A stretch of 64,000 nt of DNA from NCBI GenBank assembly GCA_035574255.1, contig DATLYZ010000011.1, positions 2,080 through 66,079 on the forward strand, read 5' to 3'. Below the pieces are notes generated by a model. It saw only the letters and a program-made list of their open reading frames with translations. It did no database searches and was not told where the DNA came from. How positions within the stretch are numbered: the first letter of the stretch is position 1; every line of letters begins with the position of its first letter. Positions 8,746 through 18,814 of the stretch are shown here, piece after piece. The position numbers and the translations under genes were made by a program. The DNA comes from Gemmatimonadales bacterium. Lineage in GTDB: Bacteria > Gemmatimonadota > Gemmatimonadetes > Gemmatimonadales > GWC2-71-9.

Positions 8746-9312
8746 CTACTCCTTGGCCCGGTCCAGGTATTCCCCCGTGCTGGGATTGACCCGGATCCGC
8801 TCACCCGTCTGAATGAACTCGGGGACCTGCACGGTCACCCCGTTTTCCAGCCTGGCCGGCTTGAACGAGGCCGTCTTCGTCGCCGTCTTCATGACCGGCG
8901 CGGTCTCCACCACTTGGTAGACCAGCGAGGAGGGGAGCTGGATCCCGATGGGCCGGCCGTTGAAGAACTCCGCCATCAGCTTCATGCCCGGCGTCACCCA
9001 CCGGGCCGCCTCACCGAGATCCTCTTCGCTCATCTCCAGCTGCTCGAAGTTCTCGGTGTTCATGAAGTGGTAGCTGCCCCCGCCAGCGTACAGGAACTCG
9101 AGCTCATGGGTCTCGAGATCGGCTGTCTCGACCGTGTCGGTGGAGCGGAACCGGTGCTCGAACTGGGTGCCGGTGCGGAGCTTTCGCAGCTTGGCCTGCA
9201 CCATCGCGCGCAGGTTGCCCGGGGTGTGATGGTGGAAGTCGAGTACGCGGCACGGTTCGCCGTCGAAGAGAATCGTCATGCCGCGCCGGATATCGCTGGC
9301 GATGATGCCCAT
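8746..9312 (-). CDS. efp: translation elongation factor P
   Basis: MGIIASDIRRGMTILFDGEPCRVLDFHHHTPGNLRAMVQAKLRKLRTG... is typical EF-P over 188 aa. Confidence 0.97.
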   Translation of the reverse strand: MGIIASDIRRGMTILFDGEPCRVLDFHHHTPGNLRAMVQAKLRKLRTGTQFEHRFRSTDTVETADLETHELEFLYAGGGSYHFMNTENFEQLEMSEEDLGEAARWVTPGMKLMAEFFNGRPIGIQLPSSLVYQVVETAPVMKTATKTASFKPARLENGVTVQVPEFIQTGERIRVNPSTGEYLDRAKE

Positions 9313-9492
9313 GGTGCTGCCTGGCCCTTTTCCTGGTGATTCGGTCCTCCGAAAACCACGCCAGGGGCGGATCCCCGGTGGGGCCCCGCCCCTGCACGCT
9401 GGAAGCGCGCACAACTATAGACCGGGCGCCAGCCTGGCGGTAGGGGGCGCCCGGCCTACATTTGGGGAACGCCTTGTCCTTCCGAGCCTTGC

Positions 9493-10782
9493 ATGACGAG
9501 TCGCCGCGGACTCCTGGCCCGGCTGGCCGGTGCCGCCCTTCTCCCCGCCTTCCGCCCCGACGCGCTCCGGCGCGTGTTGGAGCTTCCCTCGCCCGGCGAT
9601 CCCGGCTCGGGGCGCGGCGGGCCGGACGACGAGGACTTCTGGGCCCACGTCCAGCAGGCCTTCGACTGCGACCGGACCGTGGTCAACCTGAATAACGGCG
9701 GGGTGTGTCCCACACCCAGCCATGTCCTGGACCAGATGATCCGGGACCTCCGGTTCAGCAACGAACTCCCCGTCATCCACATGTGGCAGACCCTGGAGCC
9801 CCGGATCGAGAGCGTCCGCCGGGAGCTGGCGCGCGAGTTCGGCTGCGATCCGGAGGAGCTGGCCATCACCCGGAACGCCTCGGAGGCCCAGGAGACCATG
9901 ATCTTCGGGCTCGACCTCGAACCCGGAGACGAGGTCGTGGTGACGAACCAGAACTATCCCCGCATGCTCACCGCCTGGCAGCAGCGGGCCCGGCGGGACG
10001 GGATCGTGGTGCGGTCCATTTCCTTCGCGCTGCCGCCGCCAACGCCGGCGTACCTCGTGGAGCAGTTCCGCCAGGCCCTGACCCCCCGCACCCGGGTGAT
10101 CGAGGTCACCCACATCACCAACCTCTCGGGCCAGATCCTGCCGGTCCGCGACATCGTCCGGCTGGCCCGGCCCCTCGGGATCGAGGTGTTCGTGGACGGG
10201 GCGCACGCGTTCGCCCACTTCCCGTTCACCCGCGACGAGCTGGAGTGCGACTACTACGGCACCAGCCTGCACAAGTGGCTGCTGGCCCCCGTGGGCACCG
10301 GCTTTCTCTACGTGCGCAAGAACCGGCAGCGTCGCCTGTGGCCGCTCATGGCCGCTCCGCCCGAGATGGACGAGAACATCCGGAAATACGAGGAGATCGG
10401 GACCCACCCGGCGGCGAACCACAACGCCATCGCCGCCGCGCTGGTCTTCCACCGTGCCCTCGGCGCCGAGCGGAAGGTCGCCCGGCTCCGGTACCTCCGC
10501 GATCGCTGGGCCAAGCGGGTCCGCTGCGAGAGCGACCGGATCCGGCTGCTCACACCCCTCGACTCGCCGCACAGCGCAGGGATCGGGCTCGTGCACGTGG
10601 ACGGCCTGGAGCCCGGGCGGCTGGTGAGCTGGCTCTTCGACCGCCACCACATCGTCACCACGCCCATCACCCACCCGGAGTTCGACGGCCTGCGCGTCAC
10701 CCCCAACGTGTACACCACCCTCGACGAGATTGACCGCTTCGCGGAGGCGCTGCTCCATGCCGTCCGGTACGGCCTCACCTGA
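9493..10782 (+). CDS. class V aminotransferase-fold PLP enzyme (isopenicillin-N-epimerase / cysteine-desulfurase-like) with a twin-arginine signal
   Basis: N-terminus MTSRRGLLARLAGAALLPAF (SRRxLL Tat motif) and a PLP-lysine context GTSLHKWLLAPVGTGFLY. Confidence 0.85.
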   Translation: MTSRRGLLARLAGAALLPAFRPDALRRVLELPSPGDPGSGRGGPDDEDFWAHVQQAFDCDRTVVNLNNGGVCPTPSHVLDQMIRDLRFSNELPVIHMWQTLEPRIESVRRELAREFGCDPEELAITRNASEAQETMIFGLDLEPGDEVVVTNQNYPRMLTAWQQRARRDGIVVRSISFALPPPTPAYLVEQFRQALTPRTRVIEVTHITNLSGQILPVRDIVRLARPLGIEVFVDGAHAFAHFPFTRDELECDYYGTSLHKWLLAPVGTGFLYVRKNRQRRLWPLMAAPPEMDENIRKYEEIGTHPAANHNAIAAALVFHRALGAERKVARLRYLRDRWAKRVRCESDRIRLLTPLDSPHSAGIGLVHVDGLEPGRLVSWLFDRHHIVTTPITHPEFDGLRVTPNVYTTLDEIDRFAEALLHAVRYGLT

Positions 10783-10824
10783 GCCGCCCCGGGGTTCGGC
10801 CCGGGCCGGCGTTCCCTCGCCACC

Positions 10825-11448
10825 GTGATCCTACGGGCCCCCACCCGACTGGCCCTGCTCGCCGCCGTCCTGGCCCTCGCCGGTCTGGGACTGTTCTGGA
10901 TCGCTCGTGCGGCCCGGACGGCATTCCGCGACACCGGTCGCACCCGGATCACCCAGGGCGTGGTGCTCGAGCGGCTCCGGACCGTGGCGAAGCTGGTCAC
11001 CACCGAGGTGGGGCTCCGCGACGTGGTGACCTACGAGAGCACGCGGCTCGGCAGCACCAAGAAGGCGCTGGTGGTCGTGACGGGAAAGGCCCTGGTGGGG
11101 TTCGACCTCGCGGATCGTGCCCGGGTGGACCTGGATCCCGCCGCCCGGCGCGTGCGGGTGGTGCTCCCGCGGGCCAGCCTGCTCGCCGTGGACATCACCG
11201 ACCTCAGGACCTACGACGAGAAGCGGGGACTCTGGAATCCGTTCCGGCCGGCCGACCGCGACACGATCTTCCTGCTCGCCCGGGCGCAGCTCATGCACGC
11301 GGCCCGGGACCTGGCCGTCCTCGAGCACGCGGAGAGCGGCGCCCGCCAGGCCCTCGCCGCCCTGCTCGGTGCGGACGGCTACGAGGTGGAGGTGGAATTC
11401 GAGCCGTTCCTCCGCCCCGCGCTTCCGCCTGAAACGCCGCCCCGGTGA
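10825..11448 (+). CDS. membrane-anchored DUF4230-like protein
   Basis: GTG start, one N-terminal TM helix (LALLAAVLALAGLGLFWI), then ERLRTVAKLVTTEVGLRDVVTYES, reminiscent of DUF4230. The family assignment is from memory only. Confidence 0.5.
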   Translation: MILRAPTRLALLAAVLALAGLGLFWIARAARTAFRDTGRTRITQGVVLERLRTVAKLVTTEVGLRDVVTYESTRLGSTKKALVVVTGKALVGFDLADRARVDLDPAARRVRVVLPRASLLAVDITDLRTYDEKRGLWNPFRPADRDTIFLLARAQLMHAARDLAVLEHAESGARQALAALLGADGYEVEVEFEPFLRPALPPETPPR

Positions 11449-12260
11449 GCCGCCGCGTGATCCTGCTCGCCACGGGCCTCCTCGCCGCCGGCCTCCTACT
11501 CGCCGTGGCCCTCCGCCGGCCTACCCACAGCCGGCGCTGGGTCGCCGAGCAGAGCCGGTTGCCGGAGGCCACGGTCACGGGCGACCGGGTGACCGTCCGC
11601 GAGGTGCGGAACTTTCGCTGGACCGGACCGGCGAGCTTCGTGCCGGCCTGGGAGGAGCGGCAGTACCAGCTCGATCAGCTCGCCACGGTCTGGTACGTCC
11701 TGGTGCCGTTCAGTCGGCGCTGGCGCGGGGCGGCCCACAGCTTCGTGAGTTTCGGATTCGACGACGGGCGCTACCTCGCCATCTCGGTCGAAGCCCGGCG
11801 CGAGGCGGGTGAGCGCTACGGCGTGATCGCCGGCCTGCTCCGGCGGTTCGAGCTGATCTACGTGATCGGGGACGAGCGCGACCTGATCGGCCGCCGGGCG
11901 GTCTACGACGGCAGCGATGTCTATCTCTACCCTATCCGGGCGTCGCGAGCGGCCATTCGCGCCATGTTCCTCGGGATGCTGGAGCGAGCCAACCAGCTTC
12001 GCCGGCGCCCGGAGTTCTACAACACCCTCACCAACAACTGCACCCTGAACCTCGTCCGGCACGTGAACGCGGTCGCACCGGGACTCGTCCGGGTGAGCTG
12101 GAGAGTGCTCGCCCCCGGCTACAGCGATGAAGTGGCGTACCGACTCGGCCTGATCGCGACACCGGATTCCATGGCCGAGGCCCGGCTCAGGTTCCGGATC
12201 AACGACCGGGCGCGCGAGGCGTTGCACGATGCCGAGTTTTCGAGGCGGCTCCGGGACTGA
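11445..12260 (+). CDS. DUF4105 (Lnb N-terminal periplasmic domain)-like protein
   Basis: GTGA overlap with the upstream gene. Motifs VREVRNFRW, WYVLVPFS, HSFVSFGFDDGRYLAISVEARRE, FELIYVIGDERD, YNTLTNNCT. Confidence 0.7.
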   Translation: MSRRVILLATGLLAAGLLLAVALRRPTHSRRWVAEQSRLPEATVTGDRVTVREVRNFRWTGPASFVPAWEERQYQLDQLATVWYVLVPFSRRWRGAAHSFVSFGFDDGRYLAISVEARREAGERYGVIAGLLRRFELIYVIGDERDLIGRRAVYDGSDVYLYPIRASRAAIRAMFLGMLERANQLRRRPEFYNTLTNNCTLNLVRHVNAVAPGLVRVSWRVLAPGYSDEVAYRLGLIATPDSMAEARLRFRINDRAREALHDAEFSRRLRD

Positions 12261-12364
12261 GGAATCGGCCGGTCTTCGAGCCCGCGCTGGATCCAGGTCG
12301 AGCTCGCCGAGCATGGCCCCCATTCCGCGGCCCGGCTAACTTTGGGGCTTCGGAGGAACCTGCC

Positions 12365-12778
12365 ATGACTCGCTGTACGATGTCCACCGCTATCGTCCTG
12401 ACTCTAGCAACCACTGCCGCCCTCCAGGCTCAGACTCGGGGACAGGAACCCGAGTTCGACGGCCGCCCCCTGAGCGCGTGGGTCGAGGACCTGAAGGCCG
12501 CCGCGCCCCAGACCCGTAACGCGGCCGCGTACGTCATCAGTGGCATGGGCCCCGCTGCCAGGGCGGCCGTGCCGGCGCTCATCGAAGCCCTGGACGATCC
12601 GGTGGCCGCGGTCCGCTATCCGGTCGCGGTGGCGCTCCGCGAAATCGGCCCCGCCGCCGCCGCGGCGGTGCCGGCGTTGCGGCGCGCCCTGAACGACAGC
12701 AGCGACGACGTGGCCGCCATGGCCCGCAAGGCGCTCATCGCGATCACCGGCGAGGACCCGGGCCCGCCCGAGGATTGA
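12365..12778 (+). CDS. small secreted HEAT-repeat protein
   Basis: Signal-like N-terminus (AIVLTLATTAALQAQ) and repeated AAVPALIEALDDPVAAVR / AAVPALRRALNDSSDDV HEAT-like units. Confidence 0.7.
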   Translation: MTRCTMSTAIVLTLATTAALQAQTRGQEPEFDGRPLSAWVEDLKAAAPQTRNAAAYVISGMGPAARAAVPALIEALDDPVAAVRYPVAVALREIGPAAAAAVPALRRALNDSSDDVAAMARKALIAITGEDPGPPED

Positions 12779-12791
12779 GCCCGGCCGAACC

Positions 12792-13262
12792 ATGACCCAC
12801 CTCGGCCGCCTGGTCCGCCACCTCGCCTGGGCCGATGAACGCCTCGCCGACTCCCTCGAGCGGGCAGGCCAGCTCGACCCGACGGCCCTACAGATCTTCG
12901 CGCACGTTCTGGGGGCGGAACACGTCTGGCTATCGCGGCTCACCGGGTCCCGGTCCGAGGTGGCCGTCTGGCCCGCGCTGACGGCGGCCCAGTGCGCCGA
13001 GCTGGCCCGGCGGAATGCCCGGGAACTTGCCGCGTACGTGGACGGCCTCACGCCCGAGGCGCTCCAGGATCGGGTTACCTACACCAACAGCGCGGGACTG
13101 ACCTTCAGCGACACCGTGGAGGACATCCTGCTCCACCTCTGCCTCCATGGCGCGTATCACCGCGGGCAGGTGGCTCGGGCCCTTCGGGAGGCTGGCGAGA
13201 GACCGGAACCCACCGACTACATCGCGTTCATCCGGGGCGCCCCGGCCGCGACTCGTTCGTGA
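12792..13262 (+). CDS. DinB family protein
   Basis: 156 aa. HVLGAEHVWLSRL near the N-terminus and LHLCLHGAYHRGQV near the C-terminus match the DinB His-triad pattern. Confidence 0.8.
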   Translation: MTHLGRLVRHLAWADERLADSLERAGQLDPTALQIFAHVLGAEHVWLSRLTGSRSEVAVWPALTAAQCAELARRNARELAAYVDGLTPEALQDRVTYTNSAGLTFSDTVEDILLHLCLHGAYHRGQVARALREAGERPEPTDYIAFIRGAPAATRS

Positions 13263-14107
13263 GCGTCCCGACCTCGCCGCTCGACCCGGGGCCGTGGGCG
13301 CGGGAACTCGAGGTCGCCGCCCGACTGGCCCGGGAGGCCGCGGCGGTCATCCGGCGCCACTACGAGGCCTCGTCGCTCGCCATCACCCGGAAGGCCGATG
13401 GCTCCCCCGTCACGGCGGCCGATCTCGAGGCCGACGCCCTCATCGCACACGGGCTCGGCGAGGCCTTCCCCGGCGACGCCATCCGGAGCGAGGAGTCCAG
13501 CACCCAAAGTCCCGCGGGCGCCTCGCGAGTCTGGATCGTGGATCCGCTGGACGGCACCCGGGACTTCCTCGAGCGAAGCGGGGATTTCGCCGTGCACATC
13601 GCCCTGGCGGTCTCTGGTAGGCCGGTGGTGGCGGCGGTCGCCTTGCCGGCCCTCGGCGGCCTCTATCTCGCCGTGCGCGGCTCCGGCGCGATCTGCCACA
13701 CCGGATCGGGCGCCCCCCGCTCACTCCAGGTGGACCGAACCCGGCCGCTCGCCGAGTACCGGACCGGGATCACCCGCACCGCCCCGAGCAAGGCCCTGGA
13801 CTGTTTTCTCGATCGGTCCGGATTGCGGGCGGGGGCGGTGGCCCGCGGCGCCTCGGTGAAGCAGATGCTCCTGGCCGAGGGCGCTCTCGATCTCTGCATC
13901 ACGCTGCACGACCTGGAGAGCGAGTGGGATAGCTGCGCACCGGGTCTCATCGTGGAGGAGGCCGGGGGCCGGGTGACGGACGTGGACGGCTGCCCTCTCC
14001 GATACACCCAGGCCGACCCCCGGCACCGGCGCGGTGTCGTCATGAGTGCCGGGCCCCATCACGACGCCATCCTCGCCGCGGCACGGGCGTGCCTGCCGCC
14101 CCGATGA
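13259..14107 (+). CDS. inositol monophosphatase family protein (CysQ / 3'(2'),5'-bisphosphate nucleotidase-like)
   Basis: GTG 13259 overlaps the dinB-like stop (GTGA). Motifs DGSPVTAADLEAD, IRSEES, WIVDPLDGTRDF, EWDSCA. The upstream part of the tracked ORF (12992-13258) overlaps the DinB gene and is Arg/Gly-rich. Confidence 0.85.
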   Translation: MSVPTSPLDPGPWARELEVAARLAREAAAVIRRHYEASSLAITRKADGSPVTAADLEADALIAHGLGEAFPGDAIRSEESSTQSPAGASRVWIVDPLDGTRDFLERSGDFAVHIALAVSGRPVVAAVALPALGGLYLAVRGSGAICHTGSGAPRSLQVDRTRPLAEYRTGITRTAPSKALDCFLDRSGLRAGAVARGASVKQMLLAEGALDLCITLHDLESEWDSCAPGLIVEEAGGRVTDVDGCPLRYTQADPRHRRGVVMSAGPHHDAILAAARACLPPR

Positions 14108-14736
14108 CTCGGGCGCTCGTCACGGTGGACGGGGTGGACGGCAGCGGGAAGACCACCCTGGCGCGCGAGCTGGTCCGGCGACTGGCCCGGGCCGGGCTGG
14201 AGGCGCTCCGGGTCGGCGTGGACGACTTCCGGCGCGCGGTGGACTGGGCCGCAGGCGACGAGACCGCCCTCTACTACGAGCGCTACTTCGGGCTCGAGGC
14301 GATCGGCGCCGTGCTCCGGAGCTTCGCCGCGGACCAGCCGACTCTTACGCTGCCCAGCTTCGACGAAGGCCGCGGAATCCCCGGGCCGGACCGGGTCGTC
14401 ACCGCCGGTTCCGACGCTGTGCTGGTCCTGGAGGGCGTCTTCATACGGCGGGTCGCGTTTCCGCGAATCCCGGTCGCCCATCTCTACCTGGCGGTACCGC
14501 CGGACGAGGCGCGGGAACGGCTCGTCGCGCGCGACGTGGCGCGGGGTCGGAGCCGGGCGGAGGTGGTGCGGCGCCTTGACCGGCGCTACGTCCCGGGCCA
14601 GCGCCGCTATCACGCCGAGTGCGCACCGCGGGACCGGGCCGACATGGTTCTCGAATGCGCCGGACCGCTGGCCTGGCGGACCGTCCGGGCCGAGCCCAAC
14701 CGGCTGGCCCACCGGGTGGCGCAGCTCCTGGCCTGA
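14104..14736 (+). CDS. P-loop nucleoside/nucleotide kinase-like protein (uridine kinase-like fold)
   Basis: ATGA overlap with the upstream gene. Walker A VDGVDGSGKTTLAREL and later VLVLEGVF. The substrate cannot be inferred. Confidence 0.65.
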   Translation: MTRALVTVDGVDGSGKTTLARELVRRLARAGLEALRVGVDDFRRAVDWAAGDETALYYERYFGLEAIGAVLRSFAADQPTLTLPSFDEGRGIPGPDRVVTAGSDAVLVLEGVFIRRVAFPRIPVAHLYLAVPPDEARERLVARDVARGRSRAEVVRRLDRRYVPGQRRYHAECAPRDRADMVLECAGPLAWRTVRAEPNRLAHRVAQLLA

Positions 14737-14763
14737 CCTCGAGAAGCCTTGACGGGGCCGGGC

Positions 14764-15966
14764 TCAGTGGCCCGGGAGCACCCGCGTCTCCCCCTGCGCC
14801 AGGATCCAGAGGTCTTCGTCAGGCAGCCCGGCCTGCTCCCAGGCCGCGCGCACCCGGATCGGCGGCTCGTGCATCGGCTCGTCGCTGAGTTTGTAGGTCC
14901 CCCAGTGAATCGCCAGCATCGCGGGGCGGGCCGCCGCCTCGCGGTGGACGGAACAGAGGTCGCCATAAGCCCGCACCGCCTCCTCCGGGCTCAGGTGCAC
15001 CGGTCCCATGAACCACCGGGGCTCGTATGCCCCGATGGGAAGCAGCACCAGGTCGAAGGGACCGCCCTGCCGGGCGATCTCGGCGAACGACGGATGATAC
15101 GCCGTGTCGCCCGCGAAGTAGATCCGGCGACTCCCCATTGCCACGCTCCAGCCGCACCAGAGCGAGGCGAACCGGTCCAGGATCCCCCGGGCGCTGAAGT
15201 GGCGAGCAGGGGTACAGGCCACCCGGACGCCGCCCGCCACCAGGTCGTCCCACCAGGTACACTCCCGGACCAGGCGGGCACCGCATCGCCGGAGCAGCGC
15301 CCCCACCCCGAGCGGAGCCGCCCATTCCGCCTCCGGCTGAAGCGCGGCCAGCCGTTTCACCGTCGGACGGTCCAGATGGTCGTAATGGTTGTGAGAGACG
15401 AGAACCAGATCGAGCCGCGGCAGCGCCTCGAGCGAAAGCGGCGGCGGCACCCAGCGCCGCGGCCCTACGGTGGGGAAGGGCGAGACCCGGTCGCTCCACA
15501 CCGGGTCGGTGAGCACGGTCCGCCCGCCGGCCTCGAGCAGCACGGTGGAGTGACCCAGCCAGGTGACGGCCAGCGCACCATCGCGGAGCGGGCGACCGGC
15601 CTCGGGCCGTGTCCGAGGGAGCATGCCGGGCTCCGGGTCCGGCGGTAGCGGAAGGAGCCGTCGCCGGAGGCCCCAGAGGAGGAGCGTGCCCAAGCCACGC
15701 GGAGGCGGGAGATTCCAGGGATTCCGGAACCGCCCGGTGACGGTGCGGGCGGGGCGGGGGCGCCGGTCACTCACCGGCGCCGAGGGCTCGCTCCGCCCGT
15801 CCGGCCCGGCGGCCAGCGCCCATCGCTTTGCCTCCCGGAGGAGCGTAGAAGGGGCTCTGTCCCGCTCCGGCCTCCCGGTCGGGGCGGCGGCACCCGAGGG
15901 CGGTAAGATAGGGCCAGGGCCGGGGAGGGAGCGGGATCCGGGCCCTTGACGGGGGGCCCGTGTCAT
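14764..15966 (-). CDS. MBL-fold metallo-hydrolase (NAPE-PLD-like)
   Basis: GRFRNPW near the N-terminus, WLGHSTVLLE, LVSHNHYDHLD (HxHxDH), FAGDTAY. Start uncertain: ATG 15966 abuts the neighbouring promoter, and GTG 15774 is an alternative. Confidence 0.8.
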   Translation of the reverse strand: MTRAPRQGPGSRSLPGPGPILPPSGAAAPTGRPERDRAPSTLLREAKRWALAAGPDGRSEPSAPVSDRRPRPARTVTGRFRNPWNLPPPRGLGTLLLWGLRRRLLPLPPDPEPGMLPRTRPEAGRPLRDGALAVTWLGHSTVLLEAGGRTVLTDPVWSDRVSPFPTVGPRRWVPPPLSLEALPRLDLVLVSHNHYDHLDRPTVKRLAALQPEAEWAAPLGVGALLRRCGARLVRECTWWDDLVAGGVRVACTPARHFSARGILDRFASLWCGWSVAMGSRRIYFAGDTAYHPSFAEIARQGGPFDLVLLPIGAYEPRWFMGPVHLSPEEAVRAYGDLCSVHREAAARPAMLAIHWGTYKLSDEPMHEPPIRVRAAWEQAGLPDEDLWILAQGETRVLPGH

Positions 15967-15985
15967 TCTAGTATGCGGATACTAG
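15946..15985 (+). promoter_or_regulatory. sigma70-like promoter TTGACG-N17-TAGTAT overlapped by an 18-bp palindrome (CTAGTAT-gcgg-ATACTAG), a candidate operator of the ArsR-type regulator
   Basis: Read directly: TTGACG 15946-15951, TAGTAT 15969-15974, palindrome 15968-15985, ATG at 15987. The AT-rich patch stands out in GC-rich DNA. Confidence 0.5.
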
Positions 15986-15986
15986 G

Positions 15987-16943
15987 ATGAATAATGTCAT
16001 CCCTCGGCTCCAGGCCCTGGCCGACGCCACCCGCACCCGGATTCTCCTGGTCCTGGAGCGGCACGAGCTCACCGTGGGGGAGCTCTGTCAGGTGCTCCAG
16101 CTCCCGCAGTCCACGGTGAGCCGCCACCTCAAGGTGCTCGCCGAGGAAGGCTGGGTGACTTCCCGCCCGGAGGGGGCCAGCAACCGCTACCGGATGGCCG
16201 TGATGGACGGCGACGCCGGAGCGCGCCGGCTCTGGCAGGCGGTGCGAGAGCAGGTGGCCACCTCCTCGGGGGCCGCGCGGGACCTGGAGCGGCTGCGCGG
16301 TGTGCTGGCCGACCGCCGTACCCGCTCGGATGAGTTCTTCGCCCGGGCCGCAGGGCAGTGGGACCGCCTGCGGTCGGAGCTGTTTGGCGAGCGGGTCGAG
16401 TTGCTCCCCCTGCTCGGGCTCTTGGAGCCTCGGTGGGCCGTGGGCGATCTGGGGTGTGGGACCGGACATCTCGCCCGGGCCGTGGCGCCGTTCGTCCGGC
16501 GGGTCATCGCGGTGGACGGTTCCGCGGCGATGCTCCGCGGCGCCCGGGCGAGGGTGGGCGCGCTGGCCAACGTCGAGCTCCGGAAGGGAGCCCTCGAGGC
16601 GCTCCCGATCGAGAGCGGGAGCCTCGACCTCGCGCTCCTCGTTCTCGTGCTCCCGTACTCGGAGGCACCGGAGACGGTGATCGCGGAGGCCGCGCGTACC
16701 CTGGTTCCCGGCGGACGGCTCGTGGTCACGGACCTGTTGCCGCACGACCGGGCCGAGTATCGGCAAACGCTGCGGCACCTCTGGCAGGGGTTCGGCGAGG
16801 AGCAGGTGCGCGCCTGGTTCCTCGAGGCCGGGCTCGAACCGGTGGGGTTCGGCCCCGTGGTGCCGGAGCCGCGGGCGAAGGGGCCGATGTTGTTCACCGC
16901 AGCGGGCCGGAAAGCGGCGATCGATGAACGAGCAATCGGCTAG
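15987..16943 (+). CDS. ArsR-family HTH fused to a SAM-dependent methyltransferase-like domain (SahR-like regulator)
   Basis: N-terminus LADATRTRILLVLERHELTVGELCQVLQLPQSTVSRHLKVLAEEGWV (ArsR wHTH). C-terminal Rossmann motif I VGDLGCGTGHLA. Sits directly upstream of ahcY. Confidence 0.85.
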   Translation: MNNVIPRLQALADATRTRILLVLERHELTVGELCQVLQLPQSTVSRHLKVLAEEGWVTSRPEGASNRYRMAVMDGDAGARRLWQAVREQVATSSGAARDLERLRGVLADRRTRSDEFFARAAGQWDRLRSELFGERVELLPLLGLLEPRWAVGDLGCGTGHLARAVAPFVRRVIAVDGSAAMLRGARARVGALANVELRKGALEALPIESGSLDLALLVLVLPYSEAPETVIAEAARTLVPGGRLVVTDLLPHDRAEYRQTLRHLWQGFGEEQVRAWFLEAGLEPVGFGPVVPEPRAKGPMLFTAAGRKAAIDERAIG

Positions 16944-17045
16944 CGGGCGGCCTTCCACCCCGGTCCCGGGACCGGATCCGTTCGCGGCTTGCCGTCGGTC
17001 GCTGACCGCTTGGGCATCACCACGCGCAGCAATGGGAGACCAACC

Positions 17046-18563
<1,518 letters not shown>

Positions 18564-18589
18564 AAGCGCGTCCAGGTCAGGGCCCCGGT

Positions 18590-18615
18590 GCGGGTGGCGC
18601 GAGTCCGCCACCCGC
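18590..18615 (+). terminator. GC-rich hairpin (10-bp stem, 6-nt loop) 27 nt after the ahcY stop; no U-tract
   Basis: GCGGGTGGCG-cgagtc-CGCCACCCGC read directly. Confidence 0.4.
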
Positions 18616-18814
18616 CCAGCGGAGCCTCGACTCGAGCAGGCCGCCCGGCCAGCCAGGCACCCAACTTCCTTTTCTGCAATAACTTCCGCCACCAGCCCGC
18701 TTTCCGGTCACCTCCCGGCAATTTTCCGGCCTTGCCGCTCCTGCCCCGCCGTCGGTATCCTCGCGGGCCCGGAACCGGCCGGAGCCGGTTCGTGTCCTGT
18801 GGAGATTCGCAATC

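Noticed and set aside
9422-9454. Inverted repeat CCGGGCGCC-15 nt-GGCGCCCGG, and other short GC hairpins in intergenic regions (for example 18770-18790 and 30034-30060).
   Set aside because: Short GC-only stems arise by chance at this GC content. They have no positional logic (no adjacent stop codon, U-tract or promoter hexamers), so they are not reported as features.
16944-17045. Possible SAH riboswitch in the spacer upstream of ahcY.
   Set aside because: I could not find the conserved SAH-riboswitch core (AGGCUC / CAACGGCGCUC-like segments) or a convincing pseudoknot-compatible fold by eye. An Infernal scan would be decisive.
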